From Octopus sinensis (lineage: Eukaryota), in NCBI RefSeq assembly GCF_006345805.1, contig NC_043001.1, positions 66,092,001 to 66,156,000 of the forward strand: DNA of 64,000 nucleotides, given 5' to 3'. The notes below the pieces were generated by a model. That model was not told where the DNA came from, ran no database searches, and was given only the letters and a program-made list of their open reading frames with translations. A program made the translations under genes and the position numbers. Each line of letters opens with the position of its first letter. Positions within the stretch are counted from its first letter, which is position 1. Positions 24,835-38,474 of this stretch are shown here, piece after piece.

Positions 24835-24952
24835 TCAGTCATTCGAGTGCGGCCATGCAGTGGCACCGCCTTGAATAATTTTTAGCCGAATGAATCGACT
24901 CCAGTGCCTATTTCTTTAAAATTCTGGTACTTATTCTATCGGTCTCTTTTGC
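24835..24952 (-). mobile_element. SINE family A 3' fragment
   Basis: TTTTACTTGTTTCAGTCATT...GTACTTATTCTATCGGTCTCTTTTGC is the inverse of the family A tail. Confidence 0.7.
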
Positions 24953-26599
24953 CTCTTGAACAACAAAGTCTTTTCTGCTCTTAGCCTCTATGCCATGTTT
25001 AAATTTTCCTTGACTTTAAGAAAATTTTCATCTAAAAAAAGAAATACTAAAAATTATAACAGGAACTCTTCCAATGGAGAATAACTGAGGAAGATTTCCT
25101 TCAGTCGCACCACCTTAGTTAGATTGCTAGTTTCCATATTTCTCCCTTAATTTTTGCATGAGTTAATATCTGTGCATTGGACTTTTTCTCTCTGTCAGTA
25201 AATAATTTATAAAATAATCTATACGTTGAGAATGCTGAAATAAGACCTGGAAAATAACGGCTATTTTGTGTTGTTATAGACAATTTGTCCTTGATGTCAT
25301 AAATGCGCCACTTAAATCATCAGACTGTCATTTTGATGGACACATTATTAAGTTGTCACTGCTTTTGTTTTACAAATTCTTTACTCAATGCTTTAGAACC
25401 TTTAGCAACGTCTACAAATTCTGATTGAATATTATCGCCATGGCAACAACATTTCATCCTTTACAGTGTTTATTTCAATCATTTACCATAAAATTTCTTA
25501 AACACAAATATAAAATTTTTCGAAATAAAACACACATACACACACACACATACACACATATACATGTATATACGTATGCACGTATGTATGTATGTATGTA
25601 TGTATGTATGTATGTATGTATGTATGTATGTATGTATGTATGCATGCATGTATGTATGTATGTATGTATGTATGTATGTATGTATGTATGTATGTATGTA
25701 TGTATGTATGTATGTGTCCGTATACGTATACGTATGTATGTATCCTAAAAAGGGTACAATTTTTCCAAAGTTATAAATATTTAACAACAGCGTATATACT
25801 TATATAGCAAAAAAGAAATAATCCAAGGCTTTAATATAGAGGAGAAATTATTAGCTACGAAGTGTGCCATTAATTTGGCATTAAATAAAATTACTAATAG
25901 AGTTTTGCTGAATCAACAAAATCTTTTTAATGAACTTCCTGTACCACAAATTTCTAATTTGTTATTGACTTTCATGATATTTATTATGCAAAATTATTAA
26001 ACAAATGGCCACAAACCTGTCTATATTTTACTGAATCCTTCAGTTTCTAGTCTAATTTTCTTTCTCAATACTCGAGGTGATTTCTGGATGGTATTATTGG
26101 ACGACGTGTTTAGCAAATAGTTTCCGGTGGAGATGTTAAAAATGTTGAACTTAGAATGTTTATCTTAGTATGGAAACATCTAGAATTTCCATTGCGAAAA
26201 TATTTCTGAGAAATAATATTTGATGAAATATTTACAGTCGTTATTATCGTTTGGTTACTATGTGCATCGCGTCAGCTCCCGGGGTTTTGTCGGATTTTGT
26301 TGGAAATAATGTTTACTCTCGTCAATATTTGTTAGAACATTAAATAACGGTCCCTGTTTCACTGGATGAATAGAGGGGACCGCTAAATTATGCTCTGAAG
26401 AGCACATTTGTTGTAATATATATTTGCCTTCATCTGTTTGTTTTCTTCTCGTTGGAAATATGGCGTTGTTAATGATCAATAATGGATTAAGTGAAGAGGA
26501 AACAAGAAATTTTCAACGCACTGTCAGCTTTTAAAAAATATATTGTATATTCTCTTTTTTTCTTCGCTGCTCCTTCTCCTCGGTGGTCACTTCATTGTT

Positions 26600-27680
26600 G
26601 CCTACTTCACTTCACAGCAGAACAAGAGAATTCCCAGTCCTGCGAAAAATGGATGGTGATGCAGCTGAAAAGGGACCTAGTCAAGGGTGGGGTAATTTTA
26701 ATAATTTCAGACCCATAACTCTGCTAAATGCAGAGTTGAAGATTTTGGCCAAGGTGTTAGCAAAAATGTTGGCCCTTGTGGTGGAAAGTTTTAGTAAGTG
26801 AGGCGCAGACATGTGCAATACCTGACAGATCTATCCATGACAACCTCCAATTCATGCGATGCATCATAGAAAGGTTGGGTAAAAAATCTGACATGGGTGG
26901 GGACTTGATCAATTTGGATCAATCGAAACCTTTCGATAGGGTCGACCATCGGTACTTGGCAGCTATCCAGAGAGCAGCTGGTTTCGGTCCCGTCTTCAAA
27001 GGCCTGATCTCTGCAATGTACATCGACGTTTGCTCGATGGTCACCTGTCAGAATCGTTCAGAAGTACATCCTGTCTCCTCTTTTGTAAGTAATGACTACT
27101 ACTGCAGAAGTTGGCTGTTTGGAGTGGCATTCCGCTAGAATTAGGATGTGGAAGATTTGTGTTTGCATATGCGGACAACATCGCCATAATGGTGTCGAAC
27201 ACGAAACATATTGAGGTGATTGACACTTCTATAAGGGAATACGAGGCGGCAACAAGAGCAAAAATTAACCAGAATTTGCTGGGCCTGCCGTCCGGTACCT
27301 GGAGTGGCAGGTCCATAGTATTCAACAGTGCTGGACGAACGTATCAGTTAAATTGTTCGGGGTTTGTTTAGTCCAGACTTCCAAGTGGACTAGAGCAAGA
27401 AAGAAATGATGAACAGGGTGGCTACTGGCATCCAGAAATGGACTGAATGGAAAAGTATCCCCGAAGAGGCAGGTGGGAGTGGCGAATTCCTACATCGCAT
27501 CAACCAACTATTAACACCTGCCCGTCATACCTTGCTTTGTTTCATAGTTGACTAGAATGGAGCTGTTGCTCTCTCTCTCCCTCTTTCTATCTCTCTCTCT
27601 TCTACTTTCTGTAGGCAGACGCATTCCGCTAGTTAAACTGTTCATTTGCTGTCAACATCCGCTACATGGAGTGCTGGGCA
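26600..27680 (+). pseudogene. Decayed Tx1/L1-clade LINE RT fragment
   Basis: NFRPITLLNAELKILAKVLA; LDQSKPFDRVDHRYL; FAYADNI; related to 62140-64000. Confidence 0.85.
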
Positions 27681-27860
27681 ATTGTTATTGATAATAATAA
27701 TGATTTCAAATTTTGGCAGAAGGCCTGCAATTCTGAGGAGATGGGGAAGTCGATTAAGTGCCAGTGCTCAACAGGTACTTATTTTGAATTTTGTACATAT
27801 AGGTGAACGAAATACCGCCAAGTATTTTGTCCGGTATGCTAACTATTTTGCAATCTCATC

Positions 27861-27909
<49 letters not shown>

Positions 27910-27912
<3 letters not shown>

Positions 27913-28122
27913 CCTTTCTACTATAGGCACAAGGCCTAGTTTTTGTGGGGAGGGGTACAATCAATCACATTGACCCCTAGTACTCAACTGGTACTTAATT
28001 TATCGACTCCGAAGGGATGAAACGCAAAATTGACCTCGGCGGATTATGAACGCAGAACGTAAGGACAGACGAAATGCCACTAAACATTTTGTCCGGCATG
28101 CTAACGATTCTGCCAGCTCGCT
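27910..28122 (-). mobile_element. SINE family B with (TTA)n tail; a more decayed copy lies at ~27700-27860
   Basis: Inverse of the 53214 head and body (GCGAGCTGGCAGAATCGTTAGCA...GTCGATAAATTAAGTACCAGTT) but with a different tail. Confidence 0.75.
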
Positions 28123-28233
28123 GCTTTTAGAAGAAGAAGAAGAAGAAGAAGAAGAAGAAGAAGAAGAAGAAGAAGAAGAAGAAGAAGAAGAAGAAGAAGA
28201 AGAAGAAGAAGAAGAAGAAGAAGAAGAAGAAGA

Positions 28234-29794
<1,561 letters not shown>

Positions 29795-30064
29795 CCGGGG
29801 GACGTTTAAGAGAAGGAACACCGGGGAACGTTTAAGAGAAGGAACACCGGGGGACGTTTAAGATGTAAGAAGGTAAAAACAGAGCTCCGAAATCTATACA
29901 CAAACATCGAAAACAAGGACATCGTATGGAGCCAAAGATTTACTAACAAAGGATTAGACTGTATCCGAGTAAGTAATACTAATTGAAACTTATTACTATT
30001 TTCGAAACGAAATTATGTATTTTGACTCGATATCATCTCCACCTCTAACACAACACATGTAAAC

Positions 30065-33000
30065 ATGCGTGGAACATCACGATCCATCAACACCAGATCA
30101 TCCCCGACCCCAAACACCATGTACAAAGGAACTACGAAGAAATTAAATGCCACCGATATTATTCAACCCAAGAATAACAATCGAGCGGTACGTACTTTAA
30201 ACTTACAACACAAATTGTACGAAAAACTACACGTGCAAAACAATGTGACAACAGAAATGAACGGACCGGTACCCTACGAAAATGACGACCGTCAAAATAA
30301 TGGGCCGGACGTTGTTCCTCATGTCCCGCAAATAAAACCCAAAAGACATAAATGGACACGTGAGGAATACATTTCTATCTTACACGCATACTTCACAGCA
30401 GTGCTCTACCCAAAAAATGAAAACACAACAACACATACATATAAAATATGGAAGGAAAATAACATAAATATAGACTTGGATACAGCAATGAACCCTAATA
30501 AATTAGCTAACGTACGAAGATACATTCTCAACGCAAAAAAATATCAGAAATAGAAATAGAACATCTAAAAGAAAAAATACACCAGGAAAATGTAGATAGA
30601 AGCCACACAACAATGCCCAATAATATAAACACTGAAACAGTAAAACACGAAGCCAAACGTAACATTCCCAACAAACACGATGTAAACAACGAAGGGGAGC
30701 CTAATGATTATGATAATATAAAAAGTAAAATAATCAAAGAACTGAAAACCACAGAGCTCAAAATGGACCACCGACCATACCTCCCAAGAATCAAAATAGA
30801 CGAAACAACAACACCAATTATAAACAGCATAAACCAAGCCGTCACGGAACTAATAGCCACTGAAACAAAAAGCGATATCACTGAGCTAAATGACTTAGTA
30901 TACGCAGCAGCCACTGCAGCCACAAAAGAAGCTGGATACTCACTCAAACCCATCCAAACAGGAGTACCACCACCCAAACAAACCCTGTGGATAAATAACA
31001 TCCAAACCAAAATACAAAAAATGAGAAAACATCTGTCGATTCTTAATGAAATCAACAGACAATCAACGCTACTGAGCAACAAAAAGAAAACAAAAATACT
31101 CCGCAAATATAACATCACAGAAAAAGATTTACCTGAGATAAAAGAAAAGCTGAAGCAAGATATCCTTGCCAAAGCACAAAGGATCCGCCGGTACGAGAAA
31201 CGCCAGCGCTTTTTTGAACAAAACGAAAAGTTCAACTCCAACCCCAAAAAAGTTCTACCAAGAACTTGGCAAAAATAAAATAGAAATCACTGCAGCACCA
31301 ACGGCAGAAGAAGTGGAAGAATTCTGGAGAGAAATATGGTCCGCGAATGAACAACCAAAAAAAAGAAGTATCAAAATAACAAACTCGGCATCTGAACAAC
31401 TTTGGACCCCCATAACAACTGAAGAGGTCACCCAGGCACTGCAAAGACTAAGCAACTGGAAGACACCTGGGCATGACAAGATCCCCAACTTCTGGTTGAA
31501 ATATCTAACAGGAATGCACAAAAAGCTGGCTGAAAATCTTAACAACATACTAGCAGAGCCAGAGACAATGCCTGAATGGCTCACGAAGGGGAAAACCATC
31601 TTAATTCCCAAATCAAATGAGACAGCAAAACCAGAAAACTACAGACCAATAACCTGTCTCCCTACAATGTTCAAGGCATTTACTGCAGTGATATCGCAAA
31701 GGTTGAACAAGCACCTGGACGAAAACAAACTGTTCCCAGAAGAGCCGAAAGGATGCCGCAAAGGCTCATATGGCTGTAAAGATCAACTAATGATTAATAA
31801 AGCCATAACTGAAGACAGCCACAGAAAGAAGAAAGGCCTCAGTATGGCCTGGATCGACTACAAAAAGGCGTTTGATAGCATCCCCCACACATGGATCCTC
31901 GAAACACTAGCCATTAACAAAGTAGCACCAACAATCATAAAATTCATAGGGCACTCTATGAATAAATGGCAAACAGTGCTACACCTCCAAACAAAAGAGG
32001 GGCCCATGAAAACCAAAGACATCCCCATTAGAAGAGGAATATTCCAGGGAGACACGCTCTCTCCACTCCTTTTCTGCTTGGCACTGTCACCTCTATCTGA
32101 TATGCTAAATAGAACTGGATGCGGATATAAATGTTACGGCAAAACGATCAGCCACCTTTTATATATGGATGACCTAAAACTATACGCTGCAAATGACAAA
32201 CAGCTGGAAACACTATTAAAGACAGTTCATGGATTTACCAAAGAAATAGATATGAAATTTGGATTAGAAAAATGCGCCAAAGTAACCATGAAAAGAGGAA
32301 AACTAGTTAAGAGTAGCAACATCACACTAGATAAAACTAATGAAATAAAAGAATTAGACCAAAGCCAAACTTACAAATACTTAGGAATCCATGAACTAGA
32401 TAAGACACAACACACACAAATGAAAGAAAAAATAAAAAAAGAATATTATAGACGAGTTAGATCAATACTAAAAACAGAGCTCAATGCTAAAAACAAGATA
32501 ATAGGTATTAACACTTTAGCTGTCCCAGTTATAAGTTACAGCTACAATATCCTTAACTGGACACTAAATGAACTGACCAAAATAGATAGGAAAACAAGAA
32601 AAATAATGACAGGATCTAGGATGCATCACCCAGCATCTGACATAGAAAGACTATATATACAACGTATAGAAGGTGGTAGAGGCCTTATACAGCTGGAAAA
32701 CTACTATAAAATAACCACCATAGGACTACAAAAATATCTACTTCAGAAGGAAGGAAAACTGATACAAATAGCGGCAAAACACGAGCAAAACAAAAAACTG
32801 TTCTCAGTATTTAAGGAAGCTGACAAATACAAACAAGAAATCATACCGCCTAATAAATATGAAGAAGAAAAAGAAGAAGAAGAAGAAGAAGAAGAAGAAG
32901 AAGAAGAAGAAGAAGAAGAAGAAGAAGAAGAAGAAGAAGAAGAAGAAGAAGAAGAAGAAGAAGAAGAAGAAACAACAAAAGCTATAAAACAGATGAAATC

Positions 33001-33808
33001 CAAACTAAAAATAGAACAGCAACGAACCATGATAAAACGATGGCAAGAAAAGCCTCTTCGTGGTAAATACTGGACTAAATTAAACGCAAAAGAAATAGAC
33101 AAAGAAAAATCCCAGCAATGGTTGAGAAGCTCAGGACTCAAAGCAGAAACAGAGGGATTTTTAATTGCAGCACAAGACCAAAGTCTCCCCACTAGAAATT
33201 ACCAAAAACATGTAATGAAAAGAAATATAACAAGTAACTGCAGAATATGTGGAGATGGACAAAGACCAATAAATCATATTATCTCTAGCTGCCCAGTCCT
33301 GGCTAAGAAGGAATATATTCACAGACATGACAGAGTTGGAACCTATATACATTGGAAGCTATGCCAACATTATGGAATAACAACAGAAAAAAGATGGTAT
33401 AGGCACACACCAGAAAAGGTCACAGAAAACGAGAAAGCAACCATACTCTGGGATATGCCGATACACACAGATAGAGAAATTAAGGCCAACAGACCAGATA
33501 TAGTTGTCAGAGATCATGAAGGAAAAAAATGCTTTCTAATTGATGTATCAATACCGGCAGATGACAACGTGTCTCTAAAAGAAATGAAGAAACTCTCAAA
33601 ATACAAAGACCTGGAAATAGAGATAACCAGAATGTGGAATCTAAAAACAGAAACAATTCCTATCATAGTAGGTGCATTAGGCATGATAAAAAAATATTCA
33701 GACAAATACATAACAAAAACACCAGGACTTACAAACACATATAACATACAGAAAATTGCACTACTAGGCACTGCACATATCCTACGCAGAACACTTTCCA
33801 TACAATAA
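30065..33808 (+). CDS. R4/Dong-like polyprotein (RT, CCHC knuckle, restriction-like endonuclease) with two homopolymer frameshifts
   Basis: NYRPITCL, WIDYKKAFDS, GIFQGDTLSP, LYMDD, YKYLG, CRIC..H...C, RHD, NRPD..LID..KLSKY. Frames change at A-runs near 30540 and 31250. Confidence 0.92.
32861..32971 (+). repeat. In-frame (GAA)n encoding poly-Glu
   Basis: Uninterrupted E-run within ORF 31166-33808. Confidence 0.95.
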
Positions 33809-33902
33809 CCAACAGAGCATCACAACAAACCACAGCACATACCCAAGGCACACAGAGCTGCGCTCGGTAGTGAAGTGAAAGCACGCTATAAAAATAAAAC
33901 TA

Positions 33903-33956
<54 letters not shown>

Positions 33957-33957
<1 letters not shown>

Positions 33958-34049
33958 CGGCTGGACGTGACAGCGGCTGGACGTGACAGCGGCTGGACGT
34001 GACAGCGGCTGGACTTGACAGCGGCTGGACGTGACAGCGGCTGGACGTG
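33957..34049 (+). repeat. 16-bp tandem repeat GCGGCTGGACGTGACA, about 5.8 copies
   Basis: Direct inspection; starts immediately after (AAT)n. Confidence 0.95.
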
Positions 34050-37000
34050 TTCTTCGCTGCTCTGATCTGTCAGCAGCTGAAGACACAGAAACACTAATAC
34101 AACTGAAAAATTACTCTCAAAGACTGGAATATCTACAAATTCCTGTGAGCATTTTGAATTTCCCTCAAAATAAGTTAAGAAACTTACATACATACATAGG
34201 CGATCAGCTTCAAAACCTTAATATCTACAACTTCTGTGAATACCTATCCTTTCCTTTCTCCCTGAGTATTCGGAAATGCAAACATCCTCTTTATTCCAAG
34301 AACACTACAGTTTCCTCTGTTTGGACAGACAAGAGATCATCTCTAGTAAATTTTAAATTTTACCTTCCTTTCTCCCTGAGTATTCGAAAATGTAAAGATC
34401 CTTTTATTGAACGAACATCGCAAAAAAATTTAGAAACTTTAATATCTCCAATTTTGTGTGAACATTTTATCTTTCCTTTTCCCTGACTACTCGAATATGT
34501 AAACATGCCTTCTATTGTAACAACACAATTAAATGCAAAAAAACCCCTGAGAATATGTGATCAAGCTAGAGCAATAAGAAAAAATTGTTGGTTCAAAGAA
34601 GTAGAGCTGGTCCATCAAAAGACGGGTCTTGGAAAATAGCAGTAGCAATAACGATGATAATACAGTTATTACTAATAAAAGTAATCTCATAGCACAGGAA
34701 AGGAACAGTGGTAGTTTACTTGATGAGAGACATATAGATGATCTAAAAAAAAGACAATAAAACTAAGGGCGACATGACAGATGAACAAAATACAATCTAC
34801 AACAGAATAAAGGCAAGACTACAGGAGAACGATAGCGACATTATATGCAACCTTAAAAAAGTTGACCGGTGGAAGTTGAACCAAGAAACGAAAAATGTCA
34901 ATAATATTCTGAAATACATCAGAACAAACAGCATCACAGAAACAAATAATTTGATCAAGGCTGCAAGTATTGTTGTAGCAGAAAATGTGGGTATTGATGT
35001 CAAGAAAAAGAAATATAATGGGAGTGACAAAAGAAAAGACCCATGGTGGAAAAAAAGAATACAGGCAAATTTAGATATGCTCTCGAAAGAAATTTCTGTG
35101 TTAGACCGAAAAGAGAAAGCGAACAAAAATACAGGGCGCTGAAAGTATAATATTGAAAGAAAGGGCTTGAAAATAGTAATGGAAGAACTGAAACAGCGCC
35201 TTGCTGCAAAGAAAGTAAAGATGGTAAGATACGACCAAAGAATGAACAGTTGCCACCAGAATAGTTTATTCAGCGTAGATCAGAAGAGATTCTATGAAGA
35301 AATAAATGGAGAGTGTACAGATAAAAAGTTGATACCAGATAACAATGACAGTCAAAGGTTTTGGAGTGACATCTGGAGCAAAGACAAGGAGCACAAGAAG
35401 AATGCTGATTGGTTGCAAGACCTTAAACAAACAGTAGTCTGTCCAAAACAAACAGAACTAGTCATTTCAGTTAGGGAAGTGAAGGAAATCAGCAACAAAA
35501 TGAGCAACTGGAAGGCCTCGGGACCAGATGGAGTACAAAGCTACTGGATCAAAAGATTTGATGAATGTCATGCACGAATAACTGCGCAACTCAACACCCT
35601 GTTAAATGCCAACCAAGGAACACCAGAGTGGTGGACATCGGGTAGGACAGTGCTGGGCTTGAAAAACAGCGGAAAAGGCAATACGATAGACAATTACAGG
35701 CCGATATCCTGTTTGTGAACAGAAAGGTTGCAAGCGTAAGTGCAGAGGTACCAAGGATCAACTCCTGATAGACAAAACTGTACTTAGAGACTGCAAGAGG
35801 AGGCAAAGTAACTTAGCCATGTTATGGATCGACTATTGTAAGGCGTACGATATGATCCCACACTCTTGGATAATGGAATGTATGAACCTATTTGATATTG
35901 CATCGAATGTTGAGCGATTGCTTGGAAAAAGTATGGCGAATTGGAGGATGGACCTGACAGTATATAGAAGAAGTTTAGGGACAGTAGAAATCATGAGGAA
36001 CATCTTCCAAGGGGACTGCCTGTCCCCACTAATCTTGTACTGTGCATGATACCACTAACACTGATTCCGAAGAAAGCAAATGCTGGGTATGTATTCAAAA
36101 GCCGCCAACAAAAGTCAACCACTTGTTATTCATGGATGACCTGAAACTTTATGGTAAAGATGAATCCCAAGTTAGTTCCCTCGTTTATATGGTGTATACT
36201 TTCAGTGCTGATATCAGAATGGAGTTCGGACTGAAAAAGTATAGTTTATTAGTCTTGAAGAGAGGCAAAATCAAATGTATGGACGGGCTGTCGATATGTC
36301 GGGTGAGGTTATGAAGCAGATAGAAGAGACCCCCAAGTACTTGGGGGTTTTGGAAATGGATACATTGATGGAGAAAGAAATGACAGAAAAACTTTAGGTG
36401 GAGTGCTTGCGCAGACTGAGACTGATCCTTAAGTCGAAATTAAATGGACGAAATAAGATCGAAAGTATCAACACCTGGGCGGTTTCACTCCTTAGATATG
36501 GAGCAGGGGTAATCGCATGGACAGAAGACGAACTAAACAGCTTAAACAGAAAGACAAGGAAGTTGCTGACTAGATATGGTACACTCCACCCAAGAAGTGA
36601 CACAGACAGACTATATGTACCAAGAAAAAGAGGGAGAAGAGGACTTGTTGGATGCGAACACAGCATTAGAGCAGAAGAAAACAACAGCATGGTATGTAAA
36701 AAAATGCCACAGAAGCGCTGTTACTAGAAGAAGGTCAGGCTTGTGTAGGATGAAAGATTGCAAAGATAAAGCATTGTACAAGCAATTGAAAACGAATGAA
36801 ACTGAAGGTAGGTGGGTAAAGAAATAAATGCATGGACAATTTCATAGGGATGTTAAAGATAAGACATACGGAGAAAAAAGATCGCTGTGGATGGCTAAAA
36901 GTGATTTAAAACTGGAAACGGAGGCTCTAATCTGTGCTGCCCAAGAGCAAGCACAAAAAACAAACTACATAAAATACAGAGTAGACAACACATCAGAAAG

Positions 37001-37645
37001 TGATAAGTGCAGAATCTGTAGACAAAATGGTGAAATCGTATGGCATATTACCAGCCAATATACGTCACTAGTCCAGAAGACGCCACAACAATATAGCAAG
37101 GCTTGACCATTGGACGCTTTGCGACAAGTATGGTCTTGACAGAGAAAAAAATTGGTACAATCACAAACCCGAAGGCATCATCGAAAATGATAATGCAAAG
37201 ATCCTGTGAGATTTTATGATTCAGTGCGACCATGATATAAAAAATAGGAAACCAGACATAGTCTTAATTGAGAGAGAAAGTAAACTATGCTGGATCATAG
37301 ATATAGTATGCCCAGCTGACGACAAGATATGCGATAAGGAAGAAAGAACAGTTGATAAGTATGACAGGTTAGCTTGGAAGGTAAAGCAGTTGTGGTCGAT
37401 GAAAAAGGTGGTAGTGGTACCAATAATTGTCGAAGCCCTAGAAACAGTGAGTAAATATTTTGAGAAGTACATGGAACAAATAGGGGCTGCAATAAGGGCG
37501 GAGCACTTGCAGAAAACAACATGGCTTGAAACCGCTCGAATACTCCGGAAGGTGCTGGAAAAATAAGAGGTGTTACCTTAGTTCACTGGTAGTGAACAGC
37601 TGACACCATAGTACATCTCCAGCGTTAGAAGCTGTGCAAAGGCAA
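33957..37645 (+). mobile_element. Decayed R4/Dong-like element, second family
   Basis: [58 protein letters not shown]; many stops and frameshifts. The 5' boundary is inferred. Confidence 0.85.
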
Positions 37646-37675
37646 TGACGACGACGACGATGATGATGATGATGC

Positions 37676-38418
37676 AGACTGTGGCTCGCATGGCTTCTGA
37701 TCTTAACTGGTTTAAAGTACATTGTTTTGTATTAGTATAAAGCATTGGCTATAGCAAATATTCTGCTCCATACCACAGATTTGCTTGTCATTTGTTTGAC
37801 CGTAACCAGTTGAGCATGTCCCTTGGTGGTTGATGATGTGTGCATCTCGGGTCACGAGCAAAAGTAGTGGGGGAGCATCATAGCCATGTATTGAGAGGAA
37901 TTCTTTGGGCTTTGGATAATTCACCTCTGGAAACACGAGTGTTTCGTTCAACATCCTTAAACAATCCTTCTTCAGGGATCTTTTGAGTGAGATGGGCTAC
38001 TCGACCTGAAGAAAATTCTAACTGGACCCCCACCTGCAAAGTCATGCGTTGTTTATCTTGATATGAGATCACCATGTCGCGCACATGTTTGTGATTCATG
38101 TGCCTGGTGTACCCTTATCAGACGGGTAGTCATGATGGGTATGCTGGGCTTCGTACATTTTACCCTAATGTCACTTTGGTGGCATGCACTTCTCTTTCAC
38201 TCAGTAACAAAAACAACAATAATAATAATAATAATAATAAATGCACTGATGCAGGTCATGCTCTGTTTACCTTGATACGAGATCTCCATGTCGCGCACAT
38301 ATGGTTGTGATGCATGTGCCGGTTGTAGCATTATCAGATGGGTAATCATGATGGGTATACTGGGCTTCGTATATTTTACCCCAGTATCACTTTGATGGAA
38401 TGCACTGCTCTCTCACTC
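37676..38418 (+). repeat. Unclassified (AAT)n-tailed retroposon with a duplicated 3' end (38250-38418)
   Basis: Homologous to the 19561 triplet unit and extends it 5' by about 75 bp. Confidence 0.8.
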
Positions 38419-38461
<43 letters not shown>

Positions 38462-38474
38462 TAATAATAATAAT

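Noticed and set aside
33957-34049. CRISPR-like array
   Set aside because: Contiguous tandem repeats without spacers, in eukaryotic DNA; the same applies to 29793-29862.
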